Part shown: positions 37,566 through 49,930 of the stretch, piece by piece
Layout of the letters: each line of letters begins with the position of its first letter
Numbering within the stretch: the stretch's first letter is position 1
Assembly (NCBI RefSeq): GCF_036321535.1
Contig: NC_087436.1
Location: 114,764,001-114,828,000, forward strand
Direction of reading: 5' to 3'
DNA length: 64,000 nucleotides
From: Camelus dromedarius
Taxonomy: Eukaryota
Position numbers and translations under genes: made by a program
Notes under the pieces: generated by a model
The model's database searches: none
Told to the model about the DNA's origin: nothing
The model's input: the letters and a program-made list of their open reading frames with translations, nothing else

Positions 37566-39089
37566 CAATTATTCTTTTCATTTATTGTTTGGTTCTCTGG
37601 AACTTCACTATTTCTGCGATTCAAAGGGTGGTAAAATAAAGCTAATGGATGGAGATGTCACTGATCTTCATGCCTGGGGGACACTAGCTGTCCTCGCGAG
37701 TGTACCCGCTTATTGGTGCACGTACAATATGCTTAGGTATCTGGTCGGTATGTAAGTATGTACCTGAATTTGGCCATATGGTGTTGTGTCTATTCTAACC
37801 AAGCCAAGGAGGTCAGAAAAGCCTTTCAGACAGTAACACATGCAGTCCTGACTCCTGTCAAGTTCTGCTCATTTCTGTATTGGAGGATCACTCGTTGAGT
37901 GCCTCCACCCCAGGTCAGTCATTCCCTACAGGCTGAGGATGTACACAGGATTCTTGACTCAGTGGAGTTTACTGGAACAAAGGGTAGACATTCATCTATT
38001 CAACAAACACCTTGTCAGTGTCTGCTTTGTATCTGGCATTGTTCTAGATGTCTGAGATGGAAAGAAAAAGAAGATGCAGTCTTTACCCACAGGAACCTGT
38101 GCCCTGCCAAGAGGAGGAGCAATGTGTGACATCCTCACCAGCAGCCCACCGAGCCCTCTCCTTCTTCAGGTGCCTCCTGCTCTACATTAATATGACCCAT
38201 AACAGCCCTGACCAGTGGTCCTTCCCGGTTAAAAAAGCCGTTTCCAAGGGTCACTGGACAGCTGTGATGTCAGAAATATCAAATGGGAATCACTCTCATT
38301 CCTATTGTTTCCAGTCAGTTAAAACATAAGGTCAGTGTGGACAGACCCTGTAGTCACGCGCAAGTCTTGTCTGCCTTTGTGTCTAGTTCCGTGAGAGCAG
38401 GAGCCTGAAGTTCACAGGGAATTTCTGTACTTGCCCCGTGTGTGCCCGCTGTGGCTCAGAGCCTCCTTGGCCAGGCAGAGTGGAGGCAGGGCTGCAGGCA
38501 GCTGCACCCCAGGGGGTTTCCAGGAGCCTGGCCTCACTTTGAGAGAAGGATCCTCCCTGACCGATCATATTCCTGTTTTTCCTGCTTCTATTCGAAGCAG
38601 CAGTTTTGAATCTCTTTCGTATCATTGCTCGTTGGTGGCCAATAACCTTTCCTCTGGTGGCTGGTTCCCAGTTTCGGTAACCTCTCTGCCAGCTGCCTTC
38701 TTGACTGTGTCTCAGTAGATCGTATCTCTCCAGGCCCTTCCGTTTAGGTAGAGTCTTTCCATCCCTCTGTGTCTATTTTTTATTTTCCAAAAGCCCCGTG
38801 TGCTAGAATTTTAATACTGGAGTCTGTTTCCTGGTTGGGTCTTGTCTCTGTTAGCCAATGATATCATGTTTCTTTTTAACACATGGCCTGTGGTTTTATT
38901 CTCTGCCACATTTGGATGCTGTTTATGGCTTCTGTGAGGGAAAGGTTAATTTCCCTTCGTGGTGTCTGATTTTCTTCTTTTAAGACGTAAACAGCTGACT
39001 TGGTTTTAGTTGGAGTCAGAATCTCTGTGTTGACCCAAATCTCTTAGAGCCTCCAAATAACACTTGATAGTACTTGACCGATAACAGTG

Positions 39090-39720
39090 GGCAGGCTTCA
39101 CAGCCATCGTTCATATTTCTTTCCAGAACCTGTTATGTCTCCCTCTGTAGAAACCTTCTGTTTCTGCTCTTTTCTCCCCTTTTCCATTAGTCCCTTTCCC
39201 ACTATGGCTTCTGTGCCTCTCTCGGGGACCACCACAGTGGCCTTATAAATGCTCTGCTTGCTGCAGTTCTTTCCCGGTGTTCCTCTCACCCACTTCTGCC
39301 AGCCAGTGTCTTCCAGAAGCACAACTCTGATCCTACACACATCACACCCATGCTTAACCCATTCCTTACTGCCTACATCTAAACTCTTCAGGCAGATTAG
39401 TCCTCAAAGGTCTCAGTTCAACCTTGAGACTTCTGTGAGATTATATGAGGCTCGAAGCCAAGCAGAATATCTGGGAACTCCTTCAAGTCCTCTAAGAATT
39501 CGTGTTCTTAAGCGGTAGCTCCTGCCCAGCCACGTGCGGTGAGTGTTCACGCTGCCTAGACCCTCTCCTTCTTTCCCTTCATCTCTAAACGGCCTGGATA
39601 TCCTTCAAGACTCAGATCAACCCCTTCCCCTCCAGCTGCCTCCCCATCTTCTCCAGTTCACCTTCATGTCTCTTGATGCTGTTCTTGCCTGAAATCCCAG
39701 TATTGTGACTGCAGTGATAT
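39090..39720 (+). mobile_element. L2 fragment
   Basis: C/T-rich; tatccttcaagactcagatcaa; cccatgcttaaccc. Confidence 0.5.
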
Positions 39721-40269
39721 TTACCAGCTAACGGGCCCCTAATCATTTCATGCATGAGCCGCAAAATCTGACAACATCTCTCCAGTTAGTCCAACTCTCA
39801 AAGTTGGGTTAAGATTATAAACTGGCTGATTTGTACCTAAAATTGACACTTAAACTTTCCCCCCTAGACCCCTGTGGTCTGGAGACTGGTAAAGGATTTT
39901 GGTTGGTGGTGGGGGTGACTCAGAAAAGCTGTGTCTCCTACGGTCTGATCCTGATTAAGAGATGCCTGTGCATCTGCATGTGAATCAGATCCTCACGTCT
40001 CCACCAACTCTTCCCCCAAATGTGGCCCCTCACAGGGTCCAGGGGTCCACAGTCACCTCTCTGCTGTGTGGATTGAACTAGGTGTTAGTAAATATGACAT
40101 CTGCTCCCTTGGGGCCCCTTCTGATTCACTGGTACCCTCTTTGGCCCTCCCACATAACTCCATGGGCGCACTTCCTGGACACACCCCCTCATGCATCACA
40201 CATGTTGGTGTCTGTCTCCACATCCCTCCACTCACCAAGCCCTGCCACTGCTCTTAAGGTCTTTTGTGT

Positions 40270-41200
40270 TCACACCTGTGAGCCATTCAGCACCTTGTTC
40301 CTTGGGTCCCTGTTCTCACCTCCTCCCAGCTGCTTCATTCACCCACTTTTGTGGCTACACCCTGTAGCTGGTCATTTTCTGGAAGGGCTCCACCATGGAA
40401 ATCATAAAATCCACACCTCCCACTCTCTGACCACAACCCTCCTCTGCTTCCAATTCCCTTGCTCGCTTGTCCTCAACTCTGGTTCTTCAGTTGGGCCCTC
40501 CAGTTCATCGACCCACTTCTTTGCCCTGCACAGTCTTTAGCTCCTGTCTTTTCTCCCCTCTCTGCATCCACAGACTCCACTTTTCATCACTCCAACAACT
40601 CTTTAAACTTTATGTCCTGGCTCTAACTCTCCTGTTGTCACATACACATGACCTGCTACCCCTGGGTGACTCCAGTCATCTGCTCTGTCTGCACTCCTGG
40701 CCTGGCTGCTGGCATTCAGTCAAGGTCAAATCCATTCTGTCCTACAGATCAAGGCCACTGTGCACTCACACACATGGTCCTCCACAGATGCCTTACTGCC
40801 GCCCAGTGACGACAGGCTGTTTCGCTCTTCAGAATTCTTGTCTGTCGTCTAGTGATAGTTCACATTCTCTCCTCTCTTCTCAGACCTCAACTTCTACTGT
40901 ACTCTCATGCCCAGCACATAAAAAACAATCATCAGAGGCCTTATTCATTTTCTACCATGAAACCTATAAACCAGCATGTATCCTTGCCCTTCCTTCCTCT
41001 TTAAAATCTTCTCATCTGGCTCTCTGGCTCTCTCACGACTTTTCTCCTTCACTTTTTCCTTCTCTGATGGTTTCTTCATCTCCTTTTTTTGACAGCAACT
41101 TCCCATCAGTATTTAAACATATTTATTTTTTTCTCATCATCAAAAAAGAGAACAAATTTTTCTTTAACCTTATGTCTCACTCTATGGACCACCCAGTCCC
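40270..41200 (+). mobile_element. L2 internal fragment including an APE-endonuclease remnant
   Basis: Encodes HPVAGHFLE (cf. TH..GHTLD) and, after a frameshift, PLSDHN (SDH motif); C/T-rich L2 sense strand. Confidence 0.55.
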
Positions 41201-41509
41201 TTCTTCCAAAAGTATGGAAACTGAAACCACTTGGCTTGAGGGACTAGAAGGTGCTCCTTGTGACTTAAACATGTGATGCTGGCTTGTAGGGGTGGGAGCT
41301 GAGGGAGGAGCCTGGTGCTTAGTAAGTATTGATTAAACTGAGTTGAGTGAAGAGAGGCTTGTTGGGTGTCTACATTGTTGTTTAACAAATATGCCAAGAA
41401 TTTGAGTGCTACGCAGGAATGACATAGAGTCGTTGCCTCTGAGAAACTTATGGTCTAGTTGGAGAAAGAAGTACCAGCCCTTGAAGAGGTGGTAGTGCAG
41501 GATAGATGC

Positions 41510-42275
41510 TAACTGAACTGGCTCAGTCTTCCAAATACCCGCTAAACCTGATCCCTTCTTAACTATTGCAGCTCACTGTGATGGTCTAACGCAGTCTCAT
41601 TTCTTTTCTTGGTTATTTCAGTAGCCTCCTGTTTGACCTCCCTGCTGATTTCTTCTCTCCCTTTGGCCAGTTTTTACAGCCCATATTTGCTTTTTGAAAT
41701 ATACCACATCTTGTCTCTTTTTGTCTCCAGTCTCACCCCCTTGGATGCCAATCTTTGTTAGAGTTCACATCAAATCCTCATAATCTGTACTGATCGCCAA
41801 CCCTCTGACATCACCATCTGTGCATCTCCACCTTGCTGACTGGGCTCCAACCGTACAGACCTCCATGCTGTTTCTTAAGTGCACTATGTTGACTCCTGTC
41901 TCAGGGACTTTGTACTTACTACCGTTTCTACCCGGCAGGCAGTTTCCTGAAACATCACCTTGGCTGCTCCTTTACGTCTTTTAGGTCTCTGCTCAAATGT
42001 CACCTAATTAGGGAGTCCTTCCCTAGTCACACTGTATATAATCCTGGCCCTCTTAATTCCCTCTCCCTCACCCTCCTTTATTTTTCCTCTAGCATTTATC
42101 ACTATCCAGCAAGCAATTATTTTTTTCATTCATGTATTTTCCATATCTTCCTACTAGAATGTAGACTCCAGAAGGGCAGGGTCTTGGTCTTGTCTCATCT
42201 TTAATGTGTATGTACAGGTCCTTGCACATAATAATCACTCAGTAAATAGTGAGTGACTGAATAATGAATGATGAA
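41510..42275 (+). mobile_element. L2a-type 3' fragment
   Basis: aggtctctgctcaaatgtcacc; tagcatttatcact; ctactagaatgtagactccagaagggcaggg; tail tgaataatgaatga. Confidence 0.8.
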
Positions 42276-42614
42276 AAAGAATCTGTTCCCAACCTACCCC
42301 ATGTGCTCATTCATCAATTCAAAAAGCATTCATTAAGCGTCTATTATGTGTTAGAAGATGCTTACTGACATCTTCGAGGAGCTGGTGCTGTGCTGTGAAT
42401 AAGCCCCAAAACAATCTGAGGATTTCAGTGACAACCAAGGCAGATCAAAGTGACTCAGATGTCTCCAGTTCAAAATCCATGGTCTGGTGTCCCCATTCTA
42501 GACCCAAGCCCCAGGGCTGGTTAAATGCTAAAGGACTTGCGAGTAGAAGGTCATGACATAAGCAGACATCACATTCTCTTCTTCTGCTTGGTGTCAAGCA
42601 TCATTTTTCTAGCA

Positions 42615-42795
42615 TCCAGAGGCTGGAAAGCTCATTAAAACAGTCCCATCTTAGTCCTCATTTTACAAATGGAGAAACTGAGGCCCAAGAAGGAGGGACT
42701 TGCTTCGAATTAGAGAGTGAGCTGCCTGCCGAATTCAGCAAGAATCACCAGGTCCTGCTTCTTGGGTAGGGGATCTTTCCACCATACCACACTGC
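42615..42795 (-). mobile_element. MIR fragment
   Basis: cctcattttacaaatggagaaactgaggcccaaga. Confidence 0.75.
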
Positions 42796-43494
42796 CTCTC
42801 TGCACCACTCCTTCCTTTAATCCCCTCCTTACAATGTCCTCCTTTTCTTCTTGACAGTCAGAACTTTGTTAGGGAGCCGGGCAGTGTGTGCTATGAAAAG
42901 CAACTTTATAGCTCTGTGCTGTTATGATCATATTTGGGGGCGGGGTGGCGAGAGCAGGCGGGAAGGAGCCAAACAGCCTGGCCTGCATGGCTGCTCTGTA
43001 TTTTAATGGGATCCCCGCTGGTCACACCCTCTCCCGGGCTCCCTCACCCGAGGGCCACATCGCGGTCACCAAGCAGTCGGGGAAATGAAAACAGTAATCT
43101 TAGAGCTTAGAGTGGAGCTGAAGGCAAGCCCTCCCACCCCCCACTTAAGGCCTGGTGCTCAGACAAGGCAGCAAAGGAAAGGAAGAAAGCAAGGGGCCAG
43201 AGCAGCAGGGCCCTCCTAGGAGGGAGATGGAGAGTTTGTTTTTCATGGAGGGGCCAAAAGCAAGAGCCTGCCGCCCACACCTGGCTGATTACAGCCTCTA
43301 CTCTTTGGCTAAGATGCAAAATATGGTAGAAGACCCAGGACAAAAAAAGAACCTATTATGGGACAAGTTCAGCTTATCTACATAGAAAGTGTCCTCAAAA
43401 CTTGTAGAGGCAGGGCTTATGAAAGCTGTGTTACAGGAAAGAAATCAATGATCATTTAGTGAAAGAATGTAATTACAGAGCCTTGAAATAAAAC

Positions 43495-43715
43495 ATCGTA
43501 TCAACAGCCAGCGTTTGTCGAGCGCCTGCTGTGCGTTAGGCACTGCGCTAATGCCGACGCCTGCTATCTCCTTTTCCTCTTCAGCCCTACACGGGGAGTG
43601 CTGCGACTGGCCTGTGTTGTGGCCGAGGAAACTGCAGCTTAGACAAGTTAATGGTTCGCCTCAGGGCACACAGCTAGTTAAAGTGTGACATTAGGAGTCC
43701 CGCTTGGGATGTGAC
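43495..43715 (-). mobile_element. MIR, unusually GC/CpG-rich
   Basis: gcgtttgtcgagcgcctgctgtgcgttaggcactgcgctaa...gaggaaactgcagc...cagggcacacagctagt. Confidence 0.75.
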
Positions 43716-44287
43716 TTTAGATTTTATGTTCCTTAACACTATTGTTTAATTTGTGCTGAGTACTGGGAACAAAGGAATCAGAATAAACAAGACTAACATA
43801 GCTCCCATTCTCCAATGTAAGAAACAAACAAACAAAAACATCTGATAAAGTTGCCAGCTGGTAGGTAGCAGAGCTGAGGGTTAAAACAAAGGCAGTCTGA
43901 CTCCAATGCTGGTGCATTCACCGTTTTGCCAGGAAACACTTACATCCTCCACAACACAGACCTACTTGTCTATGCAGGCACATTCGAGTCAAAGTGACCC
44001 CCAAACAGCTCCCTGAACAAGCTCATGAGTGCCTGTGCACTCTCTTCCCTCTACTCACAAATCCCCCCTCCTTCTCGCCTTACCTGCTGGAGGAGATGTT
44101 CCAGGACCACCAGAGACCTGTGCGATTGTCCCAAGCTTAGCTTAACCTTAGCTAGGAGAATGGTCAAGTCCTTACAAACACTGGAAGAGGCAAAATATCT
44201 AGGTATACATGCCAGCAGATTGGTGGATAAGCTCAAGGTATATGGAGTTCTTTTCTGTTTGTATATTCTCAGTGAAATAAGACACAG

Positions 44288-44678
44288 AGTTATGGACTGA
44301 ATGTTTGTGTCTCCTTCAAACTGGTATGTCGATGCCCTAACTGTTAATGTGAAGCTGTTTGGAGGCAGGGGCCTTTAGGAGGTAATTAGGTTTAGATGGG
44401 GTCATAAGAGTGCGACCCTTTTGATGGGATTATTGCCCTCAAAAGAAGAGGAAGACAGAGTCTGTATGTATGCACAGCAAGAAAAGGCCATGTGAACACA
44501 CAGCAGGAAGTTGGCTGTGTGCGAGACAGGAAGAGAGCCCTCACCAAGAACTGAATTTGCCAGTAGCCTAGTCTTGGACTTCTCAGCCTTGAGAACTATG
44601 AGAAATAAATGCCTGTTTTTTTTTTTTTTTAAAGCCACACAGTCTATGGTATTTGTTATAGCTGCCTGAGTTAAGACA
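44288..44678 (+). mobile_element. MLT1A0-type MaLR 5' LTR
   Basis: tatggactgaatgtttgtgtc; ggaggtaattaggtttagat; gaagagagccctcacca; gagaaataaat; ends ttaagaca. Confidence 0.9.
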
Positions 44679-45923
44679 GTAACTTGTACCAAGAAGTGGA
44701 TACCACTGTAACAAACACCTGAAAATGTGGAAGTGGCTTTGGAACCGGGTAATGGGTAGAGGCTGGGAGAGTTTTGAGGTTCATGCTAGAAAAAGCCAAG
44801 GTTGCCACGAAGAAATTGTTAAAGAAGATTCTGTTGAGAACTCAGAATGGGAAGAGGAGAGATACAGAGAAAGTGTCTGTCTTTTTAAGAGAATGCATAA
44901 ATGATCGTGAACAGAATGTTGCTAGAAATATGGATGGTGAAGACCATTCTGGTGAGGTCTTAGGTGGCACTGAGGAAGATGTTATTGGACGATGAAGAAA
45001 AGATGATCCTTATTATAAAGTGGCCAATAACCTGGCTGAATTGTGTTCATGTTCTAATGACTTGTGGAAAGTATAACTTCCAAGAGATGAACTTTCATAT
45101 TTAGCTGAGGACATTTCCAGGTAAAGTGTTGAAGAAGTGGCTTTGTCCCACCTGACTGCTTACGGTAAAACGTGAGACTGGAGAAACAAATTGAAGTATG
45201 ACTTGTTAAGCAAATAGGAATCGTAACATAAAGGTTGGGAGAAGTCTCAGTCTATCCCTGAGAAAACCAAGGGGGGGGCTAAACAGCCATCTGAGGAGAT
45301 TTGTGTAGGCATAAACTGTGGATCTCATCAGCCAGCTCAGCAGAGCTAGTTTGAACAAAGAGGATAAAAAAGAAGGAAGACTGTTGGACTTTTTTGATTT
45401 TACAGGACAGAACCACAGAGCCATTTAGCTGCAAATGTGCCCTATTCTTCAAGACAACAGTAGACTGACCCTAGAGGCAATTCAGAGATCCTTCTCAGAG
45501 ATACCTCTTTGGTTTCAACAGGCCAGACAGGAACTGCCCAGAGCTGTGGGGATGTGGCCCCTGCCAAGCAGAGCCATGGGAGTGGGATCACTGCCCCAGG
45601 GAGTCCTGAAGCTGGGACTGCTGCTCTCGTGGGTCCAGCAGGGAGAGCATTGACCAAAGAGGATTATTCTTGAGACTTAAGATCTAATGGAATTTGCCTT
45701 GCTAGGTTTTGGAATTTCTTGGGACCTGTCACCCTTTCCTTCTTTCCTCTTTCTTCCTTTTGGACTGTTCCAAAAGACCATTGGAATGTCTCTGGGCCTG
45801 TCCTGCCGTTGTATTTCGGAAGCACATAATGTGTTTGGTTTCACAGATTCACAACGGTCTCCAGGAATTTTGCTTCAGGATGACTCCTACCTGGGATCTC
45901 ACCCATATCTGATCGATAAGACT
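44679..45923 (+). mobile_element. MaLR internal sequence (MLT1A0-int), ending before the 3' LTR
   Basis: acctgaaaatgtggaagtggctttggaaccgggtaatgggtagaggctgg; atggaatttgccttgctaggtttt; ggtttcacagattcaca...gaattttgcttcagga. Confidence 0.85.
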
Positions 45924-45924
45924 A

Positions 45925-46815
45925 TTCTCTGAGAGACTGTTCGGTGATTTCAGACGTGAGGAGCAGGTAGTGTAGGCTGTTCAGGAGAGCGGGAGAATGG
46001 ATGTCAGAGGGGAACGCTGGAGGGTTGCCAGGCAGCATGAAAGACGTGTTGGAGAGTGGCTGTCGTACACTGAGTGTGAGATCCATCACTGTGGTTTGTG
46101 CTTTTTCACTAGAATATTCAATCGTCCAGGTGCAGAAGCAGAATTCAGTCTACCTGGAGTTTGGAATTTGCTAGGTGAGTACCATTGGAGGAGGCAGAAG
46201 CAAAGAGACTGAGAGCTTCTGCAAGAGCTTATGGGATCTGAGTTAGGCAGGAAACTGGGAAGAATCACCAGAGGAAGGAGAGAAAACTGAGGGATGGAAA
46301 GTGGGGCACAGAGGGGAGCTTAGAGTTGGGATCAGGAAGGGGCTACAGTGACTGGTCATGATGTTCTCAGGTATGACCAATGCAGGTGGAAGACAAGATC
46401 ATGGGAAGGAAAGAGGCCAGGGAACTGTCCGGGTTATTTGAAGAATCATTTGTGAGGATAACTGCCAAGAATTATGACGGTGATGCTGGAAAGAGGGACA
46501 GTAAGTCAGACTAATATGAAGGAATGGGAGGAAAGTAGTCCCGGGGTCTCCAGATGACAGCTGCAAGCAGGGGAATGATGTGTGCTGTTGACATCCATTT
46601 CCAGGGAGCAGTGGCGTTTTAGGGAGGAGGAAGAATCGGTGTCAGAGGTGCCAAAAAGGGAAGACCAGGACACCTATTCCTCCTCCAGCTCTAGAGGATT
46701 TGGTAGAGAAACAGCCACCATTGAGGAGGTTATAAGAAGCCAGTGTCCTCAGGGTGAAGCCAGGTTTTAGTGAGAACAAAAGATGTAAGGGATGTTCAGA
46801 GAAGGAGCTCAGTTA
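45925..46815 (-). mobile_element. L2 internal fragment
   Basis: Purine-rich L2 antisense character (ggtatgacca...gacaagatcat; ggagcagtggcgttt; cagggtgaagccaggtt). Confidence 0.5.
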
Positions 46816-47919
46816 CAGACGATCTTACTGATGACACACTGGCTTGTCGTGGGCTTCGTAGACCTCAGTTCTCGTACAGTGTCTTACCTGGGCTGGCACT
46901 TACATCATGGTGGAAGGAAGAATGGGGGTGATTGTTCTGATCTCTTGAGCCTTCCTGGTCTTCCTACCTGTTGAGGCATCCAGCTTGTCACTTACTGAAT
47001 GGGTGAGTCAGCGAATGGATGGATGGATGCCTAAAAGCTGGCTTAGAACTGGATGGAGTTAAAGGTACATGCTCATCTGTCTGCTTCTACTGAAGGCTGG
47101 GTTCACAAACACACATTTCTCTACCTGACTTTCAAGGCCCTTCACATTCTAGCTCATTCCAACCTATCCTATCTTGTTTCCTACTCTTTCCAAATTTGAA
47201 TTCTCTACCCGACAGTTTGGGCTCCTCGCTGTCCTGTCAAAACACTACTCTCATTCCTGACTCTTGGCTTTAGCTCAGGAATTTCCTCCTGCTAGAATGG
47301 CCTATTGTAGTCCTGTTTCCCCAGCCAGTTCTTTCCTGTCCTTCAAGGCCAAGGCAAGTCAAACGCATCCCTGAACCTCTCCTGATATTAAAACCTGCCC
47401 TTCTCAGATTTTCTGCAGCTCTTAAAAATGTACCGCACGCTATAGAGTGAGTTATATCTTGTCTTTTGCTATTTGCTATTTTAAAAGGAGGATTAACCTT
47501 GATTTTCTGGGTGAAATATTGAGTTTCTTAGGGGAAGGAGTGTTTTCTCTACTTGATGTGATGTGTTTCTTGCAGTTTTGGGCCCTTTGCCAAGCTCAGC
47601 ATCCTGCAGGCTCTGTCCAACTGTAGGTTATTTCAGCTCTTCTGTTAGTCCTTGCCTTTCTCCTTTGATTATCTTGAATCTGCTGATTTCCTTTCCTCCT
47701 GGGCTTCCCTTCCATTCCAGGGAGCTGGGTCTCCTTCTGCCTTTTCTTGCCCGGCTTGCCTTTCTTCCTTCTTGAGTATAGAATTTACACAGTTCAGTTC
47801 AGGGTCCTCTTCTTTTCTCTCTCTGCACCTTCCCCCAAATGTATGAGCCACTCTAAAATCTCACCAGTCACCTTTTTGCAGCATCTTCAAAATTCATCTT
47901 TCCACCTGGCTACATCCCC

Positions 47920-48590
47920 ACAGACTAGAGTTATTTCTGTAACTACACACTGAACACTTCCATGTAGGTTACCTGGATGTCTCCTCCAGTTCAACATGTT
48001 TGAAATCAAAATCCACATCTTTCTTTTCATATTAGGTCTCCACCTGCAGGACCTATTTCTGATAATGGCACCGGCCTGCTTAGCACACTGAAAGCCTTCA
48101 TTAGCTTTCTTGTGATCTGTGGGGTAAAATGTAAACTCTTTGTCTTGATGCGTAAGAACCTTCATAATTTGGCCTCCACTGACCTCTCTAGCTTCATTTT
48201 CCTGACCATACAACGAAAATCCAACTATACTGAACTTTAGCATGTTTCTCAAATGTAGCATTCAAGTTCATGTCTCCATGTTCTTGTACATGCTGTTCTT
48301 TCTGCCTGGATGCTGTTCCTTGCTTTTCTGTCTAGGGAATTTAGATTCAGCTCCAAAATCACCTTACCTCTGGGGGCTTATCCTAACTTTCCAGAATTCA
48401 ATATGGCCACATTTGTATTTTCTTTGTGTGCTGTTATGTATATACTGATTATAAGACATATGCTGTATTTATTTATTTGCATGACTGTCAGCCTATTCTT
48501 TTGTTTATATTCTCTAGCACAGTATCTGGCAATAATAAGTGCTTATTAAATTTATTTTGAGACCATCAATAAATGAGTAAATGAATGAGT
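47920..48590 (+). mobile_element. L2 fragment
   Basis: cctggatgtctcctccagttcaacatg; tgctgttctttctgcctggatgc; ctagcacagtatctggc...aaatgaatga. Confidence 0.75.
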
Positions 48591-49218
48591 TCTCCCAACT
48601 TCCTGGGCCTCACATTTCAAATTAAGATTTGACTTTCCTGTGTCCTTTACCTCTGTTGTTTCTTGTTCTCTCATTTTTAATTACATTGAAAATGCCCCAT
48701 CCGGTTGTGCATTCATGTCTCCACTGCTGCAACCTGTAGTCTCTGCTCCCACTTCACATCCTTTTTTCCTTTTGGTACAGGGCTGATTCCTGTCATAATA
48801 TCAGCTTTGGTAATACGACTCCCTGCCAAATTTAAGATCCATCCACAGCTCCTCTTTGCTGTCAGGACAGAGTCCACAGTGCAGCCTTTAAGATCTTCTC
48901 TGATCTGGAAGCAAGTTGCTGCCACATCATCACTTAGTTCCCTTCACTCTGAATAAGACATGTCTCAGCTACCAAACACACTTTCCTTTTACCCCTGTGG
49001 CATTTATTTTCTTTAAAAAAATCTGGATGTTTATTGTGCACCTACTATTAGAGATTTTACTGTATTGTTTTGTCCTTAATCCTCAAAACAACATTTTGAA
49101 TATTGAATTGGGTTGTATTCTCCTCAGTTGTACACGAGCAACCTAATTCTCAGAAAATTGAAGTATCCAGGGTTATACCCATTTTACAGATTTTACAGTT
49201 TCTGACTGGCACCCTTTT

Positions 49219-49358
49219 TAAAAAAGTATTTTTTATTTTTTGAAGGGGGAGGTAATTAGGCTTGTTTATTTATTTACTTAATGGAAGTGCTGGGGATTGA
49301 ACCCAGGACCTTGTGCATGCTAATCATGTGCTCTACCAATTGAGCTAAACCTGCCCCC
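49219..49358 (-). mobile_element. Vic-1-like SINE with extended tail
   Basis: Intact A/B boxes; perfect 18-bp TSD tctgactggcaccctttt (49201-49218 and 49359-49376). Confidence 0.92.
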
Positions 49359-49519
49359 TCTGACTGGCACCCTTTTGGAAGGATTGATTTTTCTTTTGTG
49401 TATGTCCTCTTTTCCTACCTCACTGTAAGTCTGAGTATAGGCACCTATTAACAACTCAGCCCTACTGATATATGGAAGAAAGATGAAGCGCTCACAGCTG
49501 ACATACTGTGTTGGAGTTG

Positions 49520-49930
49520 GCTGACCACCTTCTGAAGGAGTCAGTTAACAGCAGGTTCAAAATGAACATCTTTTAAGCAGTTTGCACAATTCTATGCAAA
49601 ATTAAACAATCAGGAGAAGTCTCAGAATAATTGTGACATCTCAGTTAAGGTTGCTGGTCTACCTTGTTATCCCTCATTAATGCCTCATCCTTTCCCACGA
49701 TCTTGGACCTTTATATACTTTCTCAGGTGGTACAACCCAGTGATTTATCAACTTGATTATCCCTCTTAACATCTGAGATTTATGAGGTGCAGGCCAGTCT
49801 TTCAGTTACACTTTAATTGTGTTAACTGCAAATGCAATTAATTGTGTCAGCTTTGGGGAAGAATTTCACAGCTCCATTTGGGGGAGGGTGGTAAGTCCCT
49901 TATTAAAGTAGTATGTGTTGAAATTCTCAA
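49520..49930. promoter_or_regulatory. Candidate enhancer with clustered homeodomain/SOX motifs
   Basis: TGATTTAT (49741-49748), TTAATTGTGT twice (49813, 49838), palindrome CAATTAATTG (49835-49844), TGTCAG (49845-49850). Confidence 0.4.

Noticed and set aside
40467..41276. 269-aa ORF
   Set aside because: Ser/Leu-rich, non-ATG start, lies in C/T-rich L2 sequence poor in stop codons; no domain or exon structure.
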